Of a stretch of 63,845 nucleotides of DNA, positions 1 to 13,200 are shown in pieces. Position numbers and translations under genes: made by a program. The stretch comes from Chlorokybus atmophyticus. Lineage: Eukaryota > Plantae > Mesostigma and Chlorokybus algae. Within the stretch, counting starts at the first letter, position 1. Each line of letters opens with the position of its first letter. The stretch is taken from the NCBI GenBank assembly GCA_009103225.1, contig RHPI01000818.1:248001-311845 (forward strand), given 5' to 3'. The notes below the pieces were generated by a model, which worked only from the letters and a program-made list of their open reading frames with translations, was not told the origin of the DNA and did not search any database.

Positions 1-25
1 GCATAATTTTCCATAGACCTGCACC

Positions 26-3000
26 ATGGCGGCGGCGGCGGTGGGCGCGTTGGTGGTGGGCGCCGGGGTGAGAGGGATTGCAGCGGAGGGGCTTTCAGCT
101 TCCGGGAGGCGGCAGGGTGTTCAGAGAGTGGCTGCGCAGGAGAGAGGGGCGTTCTGGGGTTGCCAGCAGGTGGTGCTAGGGTTGCATGCGTGCGGCGGTA
201 GCAAAAGCAGGAGGCGGCGGCGGCGGGCTGGGCCGGCTGCGGTGAGCGCTGTGCTGCTGGAGAATGACGTGGACGCTAGCACCTCCTCGTCTGGCAACGG
301 TGCCACAAGCAATGGCAACGGTTCCGACGTCGTCACGCCGCCCTCCCGAACCTCAGGACGCAAGGCTGCAGGCACCAAGGGTGCTTCGTCTGTCAGCTCA
401 GGAATCAAGCTGGAGAAGGTTTGTGCTTGTGCTACTTAGCTATACAGTGTGTTTGTAACCAATTCAGCTCAAGTTCCGCGCTGGTGAAGAATTCAAGCTC
501 CAGACTAATTTGTTTTAATCATGCGTGTACCAGCGTGCAATCATTCATAATGCGATTTGCTTGCTGGGCAAATGCTGCAAGCTCTGCATACGTAGAGAAT
601 ATCGTACGAATGCTTGCGCGCGCATACGCCGATTGCCTGGTTGTACATGGTCGCATAGAGATTGCATGTACACTGTTCCCTATGGCTGCGTACGACTTCA
701 ACGTGTGCCTTGGGAGTAGGATGCCGTGGTTCAGGCTTTATGTCGTGTATGTAGATTGTGTCATGCACATGTGGTGAACTATGTGCGCAACAAGTCTGTC
801 TATTGGTGCATGTGCATGCATGCCATGAGAATTGGTAGTTGCAACTGCCGCAGCATGTACGAGTGCATCTGCGAAACTCCCCAAGCCAAGTACTGATTGA
901 TGAGTGTGCAGTGCGGTGCTTCGTATTCGTAGATACTCGTGTGGTTGTACATCCGGTAGTCTCAATTGCTTGGCCGATGTCTGTTGCATGTCTTGCTGCA
1001 TAAACAGCGTCAGGCTGCCGTGATGACTACACTTGATCAATAGTCGCCATCTGTTGTGTCACTCTCATCAACTCCCCCCCNNNNNNNNNNNNNNNNNNNN
1101 NNNNNNNNNNNNNNNNNNNNNNNNNNNNNNNNNNNNNNNNNNNNNNNNNNNNNNNNNNNNNNNNNNNNNNNNNNNNNNNNNNNNNCCCCCCCCCCCCCCC
1201 CCCCCCCCCCTACCCCACCAGGACAGTCTCTTTGATCCAGCATGACATTTGTCGTAGATTGAACTTGATTGGCACGCAGGTCAGCAAAACCTTCAAGAAC
1301 GCACAGGTTCTTAAGGATGTTTCCTGGGAGGTGAAAAAAGGTGAGCGTGTTGGCTTGGTTGGAGTCAATGGCGCTGGCAAGACAACACAACTCAAGATCA
1401 TTGCTGGTCTTATGGAACCCGATGATGGCGAGGTGCGGTAGAAGCTAGGCCTTGCATGGAGACACTCAACAGGCTGGTACTAAGATCATGTGCTTGTCCT
1501 TGACAGGTTATCAGAGCCAATAACCGCATGCAAATCGCATACCTGACGCAAGAGTTTGACGTGGTACCCACGCGCACTGTGCGAGAAGAGTTCATGAGTG
1601 CGTTTGCAGAGCAACTCGCTGTCCAGAAGGAGATTGAAGAAGTGCAAGTGGGCATTGAGAATGCTACCGAAGACATGGATCTGCTGACACAGCTGTTGGA
1701 TAGGCTGGACGTGTTGCAGCGAAAGGCAGAGTCGGTTGACTTGTACAGCATGGACAAATTCATAGACAAGATGATGCCCAGTTTAGGTTTCACCTCTGAA
1801 GACAATGATCGGTTAGTGGCGTCCTTCAGTGGGGGTTGGCAGATGCGGATGTCCTTAGGAAAGGTATGCAGCGTGCACTGATCGTTATGTGTTGCTGTGG
1901 TTGTCTGGCCTATTCAATAGCATGCATTGGTGCTGCCAGATATTGCTACAAGAGCCAGACCTTTTGCTACTTGATGAGCCTACGAACCATCTGGACCTGG
2001 ATGCGATTGAGTGGCTCGAAGGTTACCTTAAGGGACTGGAAGTACCAATGGTCATAGTATCCCATGATCGAGAATTTCTGGATCAGCTATGTACGAAGAT
2101 TGTGGAGACAGAGCTGGGAGTGTCCACCACGTACTCTGGCAACTACAGCGAGTTTGTTCGCCAGAAACAGGTGGGTCAAGGCGTGTTGTCTGCATCATTC
2201 TTTGTTCCACATCACTCTACAGCAGTTGCATCGCACATACTCGTCGCAGTGTGATTGATGGTGCTGGGCGCTTGTGTGCAGGTGAACTTTGAGATGCAGA
2301 TGGCAGCATACGAAAGGCAGCAGAAGGAAATAGCACGACAGGAGGAGATGATAGCGCGGCTTGGAGCCGGTGCCAACGCAGGGCGCGCCACCACAGCAGA
2401 GAAGACGCTCGAGAAGCTGGCTGCTGAGGGCCAGCTGGTGGAAAAGCCGTTCGTTCCCAAACAGAACCGGTTCAGGTTCCCGCAGACAGAGCGATCAGGA
2501 AGAGACGTGCTCAGGATAGAAGGCCTTACGCAGCTTTACGCCGACAAGGTTTTGTTTCAAGATGCTGAGCTCTTGGTTGAGCGAGGGGAGCGCATTGCTA
2601 TTATTGGGCCAAATGGTTGCGGTAAGCAAATGGTTTTGCAGTCACTGCTTGCTGCAGTCCCATGCATGGCAACTGACAAGTTCTCTCTTCATTTGTTAGG
2701 GAAGTCAACACTGCTTCGATTCATCATGGGTTTTGAGAAGCCGCAAGATGGCAAGGTGGAGTTGGGGATGCATCAGGTATGGTCACATGTCAGCTAGTTT
2801 CTGCTTTTGGGCTTGCTTTATGTCTACGCTCTTCTGGACTGCCCACTTTTGCTGCCGTGCAACAACTCATCATTGCTTATCATAACACATCACTGACTCA
2901 GATGGTCATGGCTGACAGATGAAGGCGAACTATTTTGAACAAAACCAAGCAGAGGCACTCGATTTGTCAAAGAGTGTGATTGGAACCATTGAAGATGTGG

Positions 3001-3748
3001 CATTTGACTGGTCGCAGCGGGACATCAAGGGCCTGCTGGGCAGGTTTCTCTTCAAGGGAGATGCATCTCACAAGAAAGTTGAGTGGCTGAGTGGAGGCGA
3101 GAAGGCGCGGCTCGCACTAGCAAAGTTTATGGTCACCCCTGCGAACGTGATGGTGCTCGATGAGCCCACCAACCATCTTGACATTCCATCCAAGGAGATG
3201 CTTGAAGATGCCCTTAGGAACTTTGATGGCACTGTCATTGCAGTGTCCCATGATCGGTATTTCCTGAAGCAGGTTAGTGCACTCACAGTTCAGTCGACAC
3301 GGGCACACATACACGAGCCCGCATGCATTAACACAGCAATACACCTGCATGAACCCAACCAATCTGTTGCACGCAGATTGTGACTCGCGTTGTTGAGGTC
3401 AAGGAGGGTAAGTTGGTCGACTATGAGGGCGACTACGGGTATTACCTTGAGAAGAATGAGGACGCTGCTGAGCGCGAGGAAGTCCGTGAAGCCGCAAAGG
3501 TTGAGGTTGAAGCCAAGCCGAAGGCCAAGTCAAAGATGTCCAAGGCAAGTGACCATTTGGAATGTAACTGTTGCGGCTAAAAGTTCCAAGACAAAGTTTG
3601 TCGAGGTAGGTCACTCATGTCTGCGTCATTGCTGCTCGCTTCCTTTCAGGCTGAAAAGTCGCTTGACAAGAAGGAAAAGGCAAAGCAGTTTGGGTCTGGG
3701 GGCGCAGCAAAGGGTAAGATTGCCAAGAACGCCAAGCGCTGGAACTGA
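26..3748 (+). CDS. ABCF5: Plastid-targeted ABC-F family ATPase (ABCF5/EttA-like translation factor), 9 exons
   Basis: Exons 26-418, 1280-1432, 1507-1863, 1940-2170, 2282-2621, 2700-2776, 2919-3272, 3377-3544, 3650-3748 splice in frame. Two ABC domains: GVNGAGKT / FSGGWQMR / [12 protein letters not shown] and GPNGCGKST / LSGGEKAR / [10 protein letters not shown]. No TM helices. Ala/Ser/Arg-rich transit-peptide-like N-terminus. C-terminus KSKMSKAEK...KNAKRWN is typical of plant ABCF5. Confidence 0.93.
1075..1210. other. Assembly gap (105 N) inside a poly-C tract in ABCF5 intron 1
   Basis: N run 1081-1185 flanked by C homopolymers on both sides. Confidence 0.98.
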
Positions 3749-4299
3749 CCTGCTGGTCTCAATTTGTACATTAGCTTATCTCTATTGATGGTACTGAGTA
3801 GCACTCGCTCAATGTGGCGCATTGTAGTCGGTTGTGTTCTAGTTGCTAGTAGTAGCTTGTAAGGTTGCAATAAGCATTCAATCGTAATCAGTTTGTGAGC
3901 CGTGTTTGGGCCAACGTTTGCAGCATGCCATACAGCGCAGTGTTTGTTGACGTAGTCATGGTTGAATGTGTCATGTTGATGCTGACAGGCTTCCACATGA
4001 CACAAGTTGCTGGTGCATGGAGCAAGGACTCGTGCGTTGCACCACAGTTGCATACCAGTTCGATGGTCTGTTGTTGTTCGCTCACCGGGCGATAGCAAGG
4101 ATAGCAGTGAGTGTGCAGTGCTCCAGCAGTGCTGTACAAATCGCAAGTACCACAGGATCCAAATAATGTGCCAGGGGCACAAATACCTCTCGCACAAACC
4201 ATGTACGGCAAATATGGCACAATCGATCAATATAGCGTAGGGAATACGCCTAGCCCATTGCAGTTTAACTGCAAGTTGTGCTGATCAACAGCACAGTAT

Positions 4300-7200
4300 T
4301 TGGTCGGGACAGCCTACGACGCCTATGTGCACATACACCCGTAGTTGTGGTACTGACTCGATTGGCACCTTGATACCTGTCATGACATGTCTTGACCAAC
4401 ATATGCGTGTCCTGCATTTTGTGTACAGCAGGCCTTCCTGGCCGTACCTGTACGATATCAAGAAGATGGTGATGTGTAGGATAACCGTCAGGCTGTTATC
4501 AGCATGCATATCAACACCATGCATCACATGCAGCAAACCATACGCACCTCCTTGCTGCATATACGATCAGTGTTACAAGGCTCCGATCAGCACCTGAGTG
4601 TACAACTCCTGACCCCAACACCCACTCCTGCACAACATATAGCATACGACACCACTCAGTGCGAGTAATGGACTCTACATCAGCCAGTCCGACTGGCTGA
4701 TATGCACCCTTGCAGCTCGCAACGCCGATGCTACCAGCCAAAATGGCTGAAGCTATTGCAGCTTGCATGGCCACCAACATGCGCTGATCATATCATGTCA
4801 CGAAGCGTGGCATGAAGCATGGCTCCAGCCCTGCGTGGACATCAATTGTTGCACAGCTGGTTTGTATGTATTGGTAGTCTTGAGAGCACCTTACCCTAGG
4901 AGCAACACCACACTGGTATGCCACAGCACGGGCACGGGCATGACGTGCACACCCGCACGTGCGCGCTCATGCATCTGCGCACACCAAACAGGCCCTGCGT
5001 CAACTTGCAATCACACCTCACCACAGCCACGCACTTGTGCTGGCCAGAGTCAAGGGCACTGCCAACTTGTCGTCCGTACCAAACCTGCATGTAGATGAAA
5101 CTGATGCTTGCCTGGTAAATGTCACATGTGTTGCGATGTATGCAAACGCGCACGCAGTGGACGTGCAGCAGCAACAACTGTGCTTTGCAACGCAGTACCA
5201 ACACTACACGCATGTTTCTGTAGCAACGTTGGCGATGTGGCTGAGTCCGTGCACACGTAGGTGCGTGCAGCTGGGCAATGCGGGCAATGCAACCCCTCGC
5301 AAAAAGGAACACAAGCGACTGCAGAGTTCGTGTGGGTGTGGGCAGTCCCAAAAGAACGCACGCATGCACAGACACATGCAAGCGCACACACGCACACACC
5401 CACACCCACACGCGAATGTCATCAACACCTCCCAACCATAGTCGCGCGCGCGCACGCACGCACGCACACATGCATGCATGCTTGCACCCACGCACGCAGC
5501 AACAGCAACTTGGATGGCACCAACCCGCGAATGCCGATAGCTAGCGGCGAGCCACTTTCGATCAACTGCGCTACCAGGTTGTCCCTGTCTTATGATCTGA
5601 TGGATGACCCTGATCCCTGAACTGGATACAAATGTTTGTAGCTGAACCACAAACCTGACTTGTGGTGCACAACTGCGTGTTACTTGACTTGCAAGACGAA
5701 GTAGATGGCAAGGGTACATCTGGACTGAGTACGAATCTAACAATTGAAACGTTGGGCATGCTTTGTTGTGCTCTGAAAGCACACAGCAAGAGTGTTTGTG
5801 CCATATACACACAACCACTCGTCGCTGCATAAGTTGTGGCGTGCGAGCGTAAGTAATGCTCTGAGCCTACAGATGACATGCATAAACAACTTGTGCACAC
5901 ACACGTGTTAAGCGGGTGATCAGGTAGGTGAACATGAAGTGATGACGGATTTTATATTATATTGGTGATGGTGATGACGCTGCTAAGTTTGACTGACGAC
6001 AATGCCAGATCAGTTAACGTATCACCTGCAGTTGCCTGTTGGCTGCTCAGAAGGTGAAGAGGTGTGCCCCATCGCGCACATCACGCCAGTTGATGTGATC
6101 AAGATGACACAAATTGTGTAGTGTTGACTGCAGCCTAAAGCAAAGAACAAATGTTTCAGGCGTTGTCACACTCCATGCGCACGCATGCATGCTTACATAT
6201 GCAGACGCCCACGCATGTGCACACACACACACACACGTGCGCGTGCTTGCGCACATAGGGGTGGTGCTGAGTGTTGAACATGGCAAACATGTGCAATGCA
6301 CGGACTTGAAGGCTTGCATTTCTCTGGAGACGTTTCCCTCCACTCACTCTCCACACCCAACCATCCACTCGAAGTGCGAGTGCGCGGAGTGTGGCGCACA
6401 TACACACATACACACGCACACCCATGCACACACGCACAAGCGCCCACACAGAGAGAGAGAGAGAGAGAGATGTGTCAAACTGCTGACTGTACCCACCTGC
6501 CTTTGGACCCCGTTTTCACGAGTTGAGACGCTGAACGCTGGTAAAACGGCTGGGCCAGCTAGAGATGAGCTCATCACCAACTCACGCTCTTCCCTGTGGT
6601 GTTGTTGTTGTTGTGCTTGCAGCAATCAGCACCGCCAATCTGCTGAGAGAGGTTGGCGGTGCTGACCTTTCGTCGGGGCGATAGGCTTGGCTGCTGCTGC
6701 TGCTGCTGCTGCTGCTTCTTCTTTTCTATCCGTTTCATCGAGGCCTTGTGCGAGGTACGGACACTGCGAGAGCTCAAGCTCGACAACCGTGCGTGCGATA
6801 CGCGACGCCTGTCGTGTGCCAGCGCTTGGCCGTACTGAGCGCACCCTACGCTTCCGTACTGAGCGCACTCATCGCTTTGCAGGGGGAAAGCAGCGGCGGC
6901 GGCGGCGGCGGCGGCGGCGGCAGGGTGGCAGTAGCTGTCGTTGTCATTGTCGTGGTACTTCTGGTTGTGGTTGTTTGTCCACGTTGGGCTATCGGTATCG
7001 TGCACTTTGAGGTGGGCAACTCAACACCCTGCGTTTTGTTTTCTCTTCTCCTGGGGGCGGAAGTGAGTTGACACTTGCCTGCAGCTTGGTTGTCAGTCTG
7101 AGATTGCAGCAAAGACATGTGCATGCAGCTGGACTGTTGTAGCGAGATCCGTAACTTGCATATCCTCACTTACGCAGTAGGCTTGTGTGCAATCCCCAGC

Positions 7201-10200
7201 CACCATACAAGCTGAACAGAGTCCAATGGTAGTCTAGTGAAAAGGAAGACAAGGACCAGGGACATGCTCGTTTTTGGCGTGTGGTGCTTGCTGCACTGAG
7301 GTTCAAAAGTTTACAAACAGGGAGTGTACTGTGCTGCTGATTCCTGTTGGCGGACAAGTTTCAGGTGGCAGCACACATGCACCTCTCCCTGATCATCACG
7401 CTGTGACTGACGCCAGCGGACCCACAAGTGAGTGAGCCAAGTGCCACAACATTGAAACCCACTGCTCTTGCACACACATGCAAACGCACGAAGACGCACG
7501 CACATGCACGCGCATGCCTAGAATCACGTCATGCGCAGTGCGTGTGCACGTGGAGAGCGTGCACACGCGCACACCAACGCACACAAAAGTGCATGGTTAG
7601 CGTAAGGTATTACACTATCAATCAGCAGTCTTCGTGGCCTGCCTGCTCGTGTGCACCCAAGCCAAGTTGAGTTGGAAAGTTGCGAGCACAGTGTCGAGGA
7701 AATCCATCGAATTACTCAATTCACCAGACATGATCACTGCACTGTGGTCATGCGTGCATCAACCTCATTCAAGCTGCCCAGCTGGCGCGTGACTCAACGT
7801 CACACACTAGGACCTCCAAGTTGCAAAATGTTGAGTGCATGTTAACAGGGCGATCATAAAAGGTTGCGCAGGTTGTCGTGTTGTGTCACGGCCGTCATTA
7901 TCAGTCACGATGACAAAGAGTAGTAGTAGCAGGAGGACGCTATTCTGCTTCTTGGTGGTCTGTGTACTTTGGTTGTGGTTGTGTACTGTTGTTGGAGAAA
8001 GGACACTGCTGTGGAGTTGGAGGCGTGCCTGTCAAGGTTCTGCTCAGGCCGGTAAGGCACACAACCACAACCACAACAACGGTTTCCAGAATACAGAACG
8101 TTTGCCTATATGCATGTAAGTTCAGCCTTGACGCCAAGTAGTGCTGCTTGCCCACTCGATTGGTAGCAGGCCAGTATCATATTGCCAGCATGTCCGTCTG
8201 CATACGTACCTACACACATGCTCATGCGCACGTTCACACGCACGTGCGTGCAAACATACGTACACACACACGCGCGCGGGCGCGTGCACCCACCCACCCA
8301 TGTACGGGCGCCCGCACGTGCACGCGCACACGCACACATACACAGAGGACAATGGCGTTTGTTTCAGGTCGTACCCAACACTCTGTTGCTTGCATATATG
8401 CTGGTATAACCCACACATGCATGGCCAGGGGATGCGTTGAATGTAGCAGTTGTAGGAGAAATGTTGTTGTGCCGCAGAGCAATGTACGAAGAGAAGGAGA
8501 ACCACACGTGTGACGCAGTTCTCTACAACCTTGCAGAAGCGTTTGCAGCATCCCACCACACACCGGCACGCACTGCACGTGGCACATGCGTGTGCCACGC
8601 ATGCACACGCACACGCATGCAGGTCTTGTGCTGCCTCTCTTCGCGCAGCCTTGCGAGCACAGGACACAGGTGAGTGTAACACACACTATGGCTGCACGTC
8701 GTGCATGCATCAGGGGAAGTGCACACTTGTCATGATGACGGTGGTGGTGGTGGTGGTGGTGATGGAGATGGTGATGGTGATGGTCGCAGAGTAGTAGTGT
8801 CATCAGGTGGCATGCCCCAAAACACAAGTGCGTCCCTGTGCAGCAACATGGACTTGAACTTTTCTCTCATACGCACATAATCGTGCACGCACAGATGCGT
8901 GCAGCGTAACAGACACTGCAGACAAGTTGTGACGTCGCACATGTTGCTACCTTAACGTTAGTTCATACGTGTGTTGGTTGAACTTCAAAGCAGGAAACGC
9001 AATCATGTTGGTATGTGTTACCCGGTTTGCTTGCGTTCGTCAATGAAACAGGGCATTACCTGGCAGACGCAGAAGTTTGTCACTCAAGGGTCTTTCCCAA
9101 GCTGGCAGGTTAGTAACACATCATTGCATATTGCATTGCAGCGCTGCTGACAGTGGCCACTCCCACGTAGTGCCCAGATGTTCGCCTGTACACGTTGCAC
9201 ACACTTATAGACGCATACGCACACGCACATGCACGCGTGCATGACTACTAGTATATGGTGAACATAAGCAACAAGCCTAGGTAGGTGCAAGCCTCGCACC
9301 TACCTTAGCAAGTTTGTTGCTTGCCATTTCCCTACTAGAGTAGTCACGCTAAGCCCCATGCAAATGCGCACACGTGCACACGCACACAAGCGCGCATACA
9401 TGCACGCACACATGCATACACACACGCATGCACATACGTATGACTGCATTGACTTGAACCAGTCGTGGCGGTCTACCGGCACGGATGCACTTAGTCTAAG
9501 TCACGTTGGAATGGTTGATGGACATCGAGTGAAGTTGCTTAGATCACCAGATATCACTGCATCTTAGTCACGCGTACATCAACATCAAGCTGCTCAGCTT
9601 GTGGTCGTGTGACTCAACAATGTTACGAGTTGGGGTCATGCAATATGACCCCCAACTCGTAACTTTGTTAACTTTGCGCACCTGTCCTTGCGTGCGTGCG
9701 TGCGTGCGTGCGCGTGTGCGTGTCGGCAGGGGAGCAACAAACATTACCCATGTTGTAGTTGATATCACATACGTTGTCACCCATCATGGTGACAGAGAGA
9801 AGGAGGAGGACTCATTCGTGTTGAACTGATTCAGATTTCGGTTGTGCTTGCTGTTGGCCATAGGCATCCAACCCTGGCCAGGGAAGGTGGAAGTGTGTCT
9901 GTCAAGGACCTGCTCCGGCTGAAGGTAAGCTACACACCTTGTACACATACACACGCGCACATACACACGCGCGCACTAACCAACGCACGCGCACATGCCC
10001 ATGCGCACGCACAAGCATGTGTGCATACACAACCACATATAGTGTAATATAATATTGTATCAATATAACACTATAGTTGTATAGTGTACAAAACGATGAC
10101 AACGGATGGGTTCGTGCCGTGCACCTGAACACTCCGTTGCTTGTGCATACCTCACAGGCGCAACACCATCCGCGGCAAGTGAGGAGTGGCAGCATCAGTC

Positions 10201-13200
10201 AGGTTGGGTACTGACTTGCATCTCACAGCAGGGGCTAAACTCAACTTGGCAAGCCAGCATGGTGGAGCCTTGCTTCAACAGTCAGTGGTAAAGCGATGCG
10301 CATGGGGGCTTGGGGTGGATGGCTTGTACAGATGGCCATGCACGCACGTGTGAGACTTGTTGTTGCCATAATTATCTGCAAGAGGAGTTGGAAGGGACAC
10401 AGCCCCTCTACATCAATCGTGCAGAACCGTTGTTGAGCGGGCAGCAAAAGATAGCACAGGGCTCCCCGGCTCGACGCAAAGGAGGAGACAGAGGGTTTCC
10501 TGATGTGAGGCTTTGGACACACGCGCACCCACGCACCCACTCGCACTCACAAGCACGCATGCACGCACGCAGGGCTTGTGCTGCCTCTCTTCTCCAGGTT
10601 GCCGCATGGAAGCTCTCTCTGCACCTGAGGAGCACAGGTGAGTAAGACAACGGCTGTGCGTGCATTATGCGCGCTTCCAGGGCATATGGACACCAGTCCT
10701 GATGTGATGGTGGTGATGATGGCAGGGTAGTGGTGTCATCAGGCGGCATGTGATAACGACCCAAGTGTGAGTCCCTTGTGCAGCGTGACATTTGGCACCG
10801 TATTGTTACTAGGGAGGCAAGGCAGGCTCATTCATAACTGCAGGCGCTGCAGATTGCCGAGAAGAGCCCTTCTGTCTGATGCCAGCGTGCCCAACTGTGC
10901 GCAACTGCCCGACACTGCCACTCACACATCGCTTGCCACAGGTTGCGCGTGCGTGCTTGCAAGCGCGTGTGTGCGCGGGTGCGGGTGCGGATGTGTGCGT
11001 GTGCTCGCGCGCGCGCGTATGTGTGTGGGTCGGTGGGTGGGTGGGTGGTAAGCGCTTGGGTGGGGGTAGGGGTGGGCGTGGGGGTGCCACCCACACGGTG
11101 TGCGCGTGTGTCCACGGGGTCTCAATGAGGGCAGTGCCTTCGTTGTAGGGTATTTTCAAACATAAGCTTAGGCTCAAGCTTCCCCGTGTAATCAGGCGCA
11201 TGGCTCATGCATACACGGTGATACACATGCAAGTACGTCTGAATCAGATCTGATGGCGCATACGGAGCAACTGCCTGTGTATTGTTGTTGCCACAAAGTT
11301 ATGCAAGACAGGAGCAGCTACCAACATTTACACTCCGCCAATGGCGACTAAGGTAGGGAAATTTTCTATGGATACATACTTTAGCTGCACGTGTGCACAC
11401 GCGCACGCACACACACTGGTCTTATGCAGGAGATTACCTTAGCCGGCGAGGATGCTTTTGAGTTTTGACGTAGAGCCTCTCCTCCGAGATCACCAAGACT
11501 TTCTCCACCACCTCTGGCGATCTTGGCGATGAGCCGCATGCGCATGCATCATTGCATCTTGTATGGGAGGACGCAAGCATCTCGTACACACATGCACACA
11601 TACGCGGAGCAAAAACACTCGCATGCACGTGTCGCATGCGCACGTCCCCGCCACTCGAGCACGTCTTGTGCTACCTATCTTCTCCACACTGCGTGCGGGG
11701 AGTCTCCGCGCCTTGTGACCATAGCACAGGTGAGGCATTCAAGCACGAGGCTCTACTCATTTCAAAGGGGTGCATCAGGGTCAATGAATGCAACCGCAAC
11801 AACGGGGATGTATAATGGCAGACATTATTCTTGTCAGCCCAAATGCAAATTGACTTGAACATTAATGCAGGAAGGCTTCGCCATCAGCCAACGGCTGCAT
11901 GGACTGCAGCAAGGCGCATGCTTTGGTTTGGAGATTTGCATTGCATTGGACACATGCGTATTCTCTGCGCAGAGTCTCTGTCTGTGTGCACAGCAAGTAC
12001 GGGAAACTGCTTTCACGCGCTTATAACCCCACTCCAACGCATGCATTCAGTGTGTCTGTGCTTGTTACAGATTCATTGAAACAGCGTGGCGGGCACCGTG
12101 TCTTTCGCAGCACGCTCAACACGCTTGAAGATGGGGCGGGGGCATAGAGCCATGATAGAGGGGAAGTCACTGCTCAAAGCAGATATGGCACATGAGGACA
12201 CTGCGAACTGTACTGTTGATGTTCAACACTCGCAAGGGGGGGTACCTACCTTACTTGCATGCTCCCCTTCCAATAGGCGCATTTTACATCAGAACATCAT
12301 GCGCTGGCAACTTGTGCAAGTATGGTCTTAACGGGACTGCATGTTCACTGTCAGATGGCGCATGCACCAACACGCATCCGTGTATGCACTGTGTGAGCGC
12401 ACATTGCAGGCAGGTTGATGTATACCATCTATAATAGTCATAGGTTGAGCTTCATCATACATGCAGTACGACTAGTCAGCTCTGTCATGGCTGCAGCATG
12501 CAGCCCACCTTTAGTGCATGCACGATGCAGACTGACACATTTGCGCCTCCAAGCATAAATGCAGGTGGCCTCAACTCGACATTATACTTTCTGCTAGTAC
12601 AGACGTTACAGATTCGCATTGTCGTGGTCCTCGTGTTTGCTACGCAATGCACGCAACACGTCATTTGAAGCAAGTTATGAGTGGCAGCGTCATCGTTGGA
12701 TGGGCACTGGTTTGTTTGCATGTGATAGGAGGGGCTCACCTTGGTAGAACAGAATGTGGACCCTTTCTACAGCGCGGTGAAGCGATGCGCCAGTGGGCCC
12801 GATGTGGGTTGCTCGTGCATATGGCTACACATGCGTGCATGTGAGACCATCTCATATGCACGCAACAGGTTGGTGTTGTTGCCACACACAAGGTTGGAAT
12901 GCAGGAGCAAGCAGTCATCCGCAGCAACCTTCTCCCTACAGAAGCGTTTATATCATCCCATCAAACACCCGTCAGCGGGAGCATTAGCCCGCGCAAAGCG
13001 CTCCCTGGCTCAATGCAAAGGAGACTGAGGGGGGGAATTTCGAACAAAGGTTCAACACACACGCACTGCGTGCGTGCGTGGCACGCACGCACACGTGCAC
13101 GCGGGTTTTGTGCTCCCTTTCTATCGTGTGTCGCACGCGGAAGCTCTCTCTGCGCCTTGCGCGAGCACATACAGGTAAGTGTACGATGGCCACGTCTACA

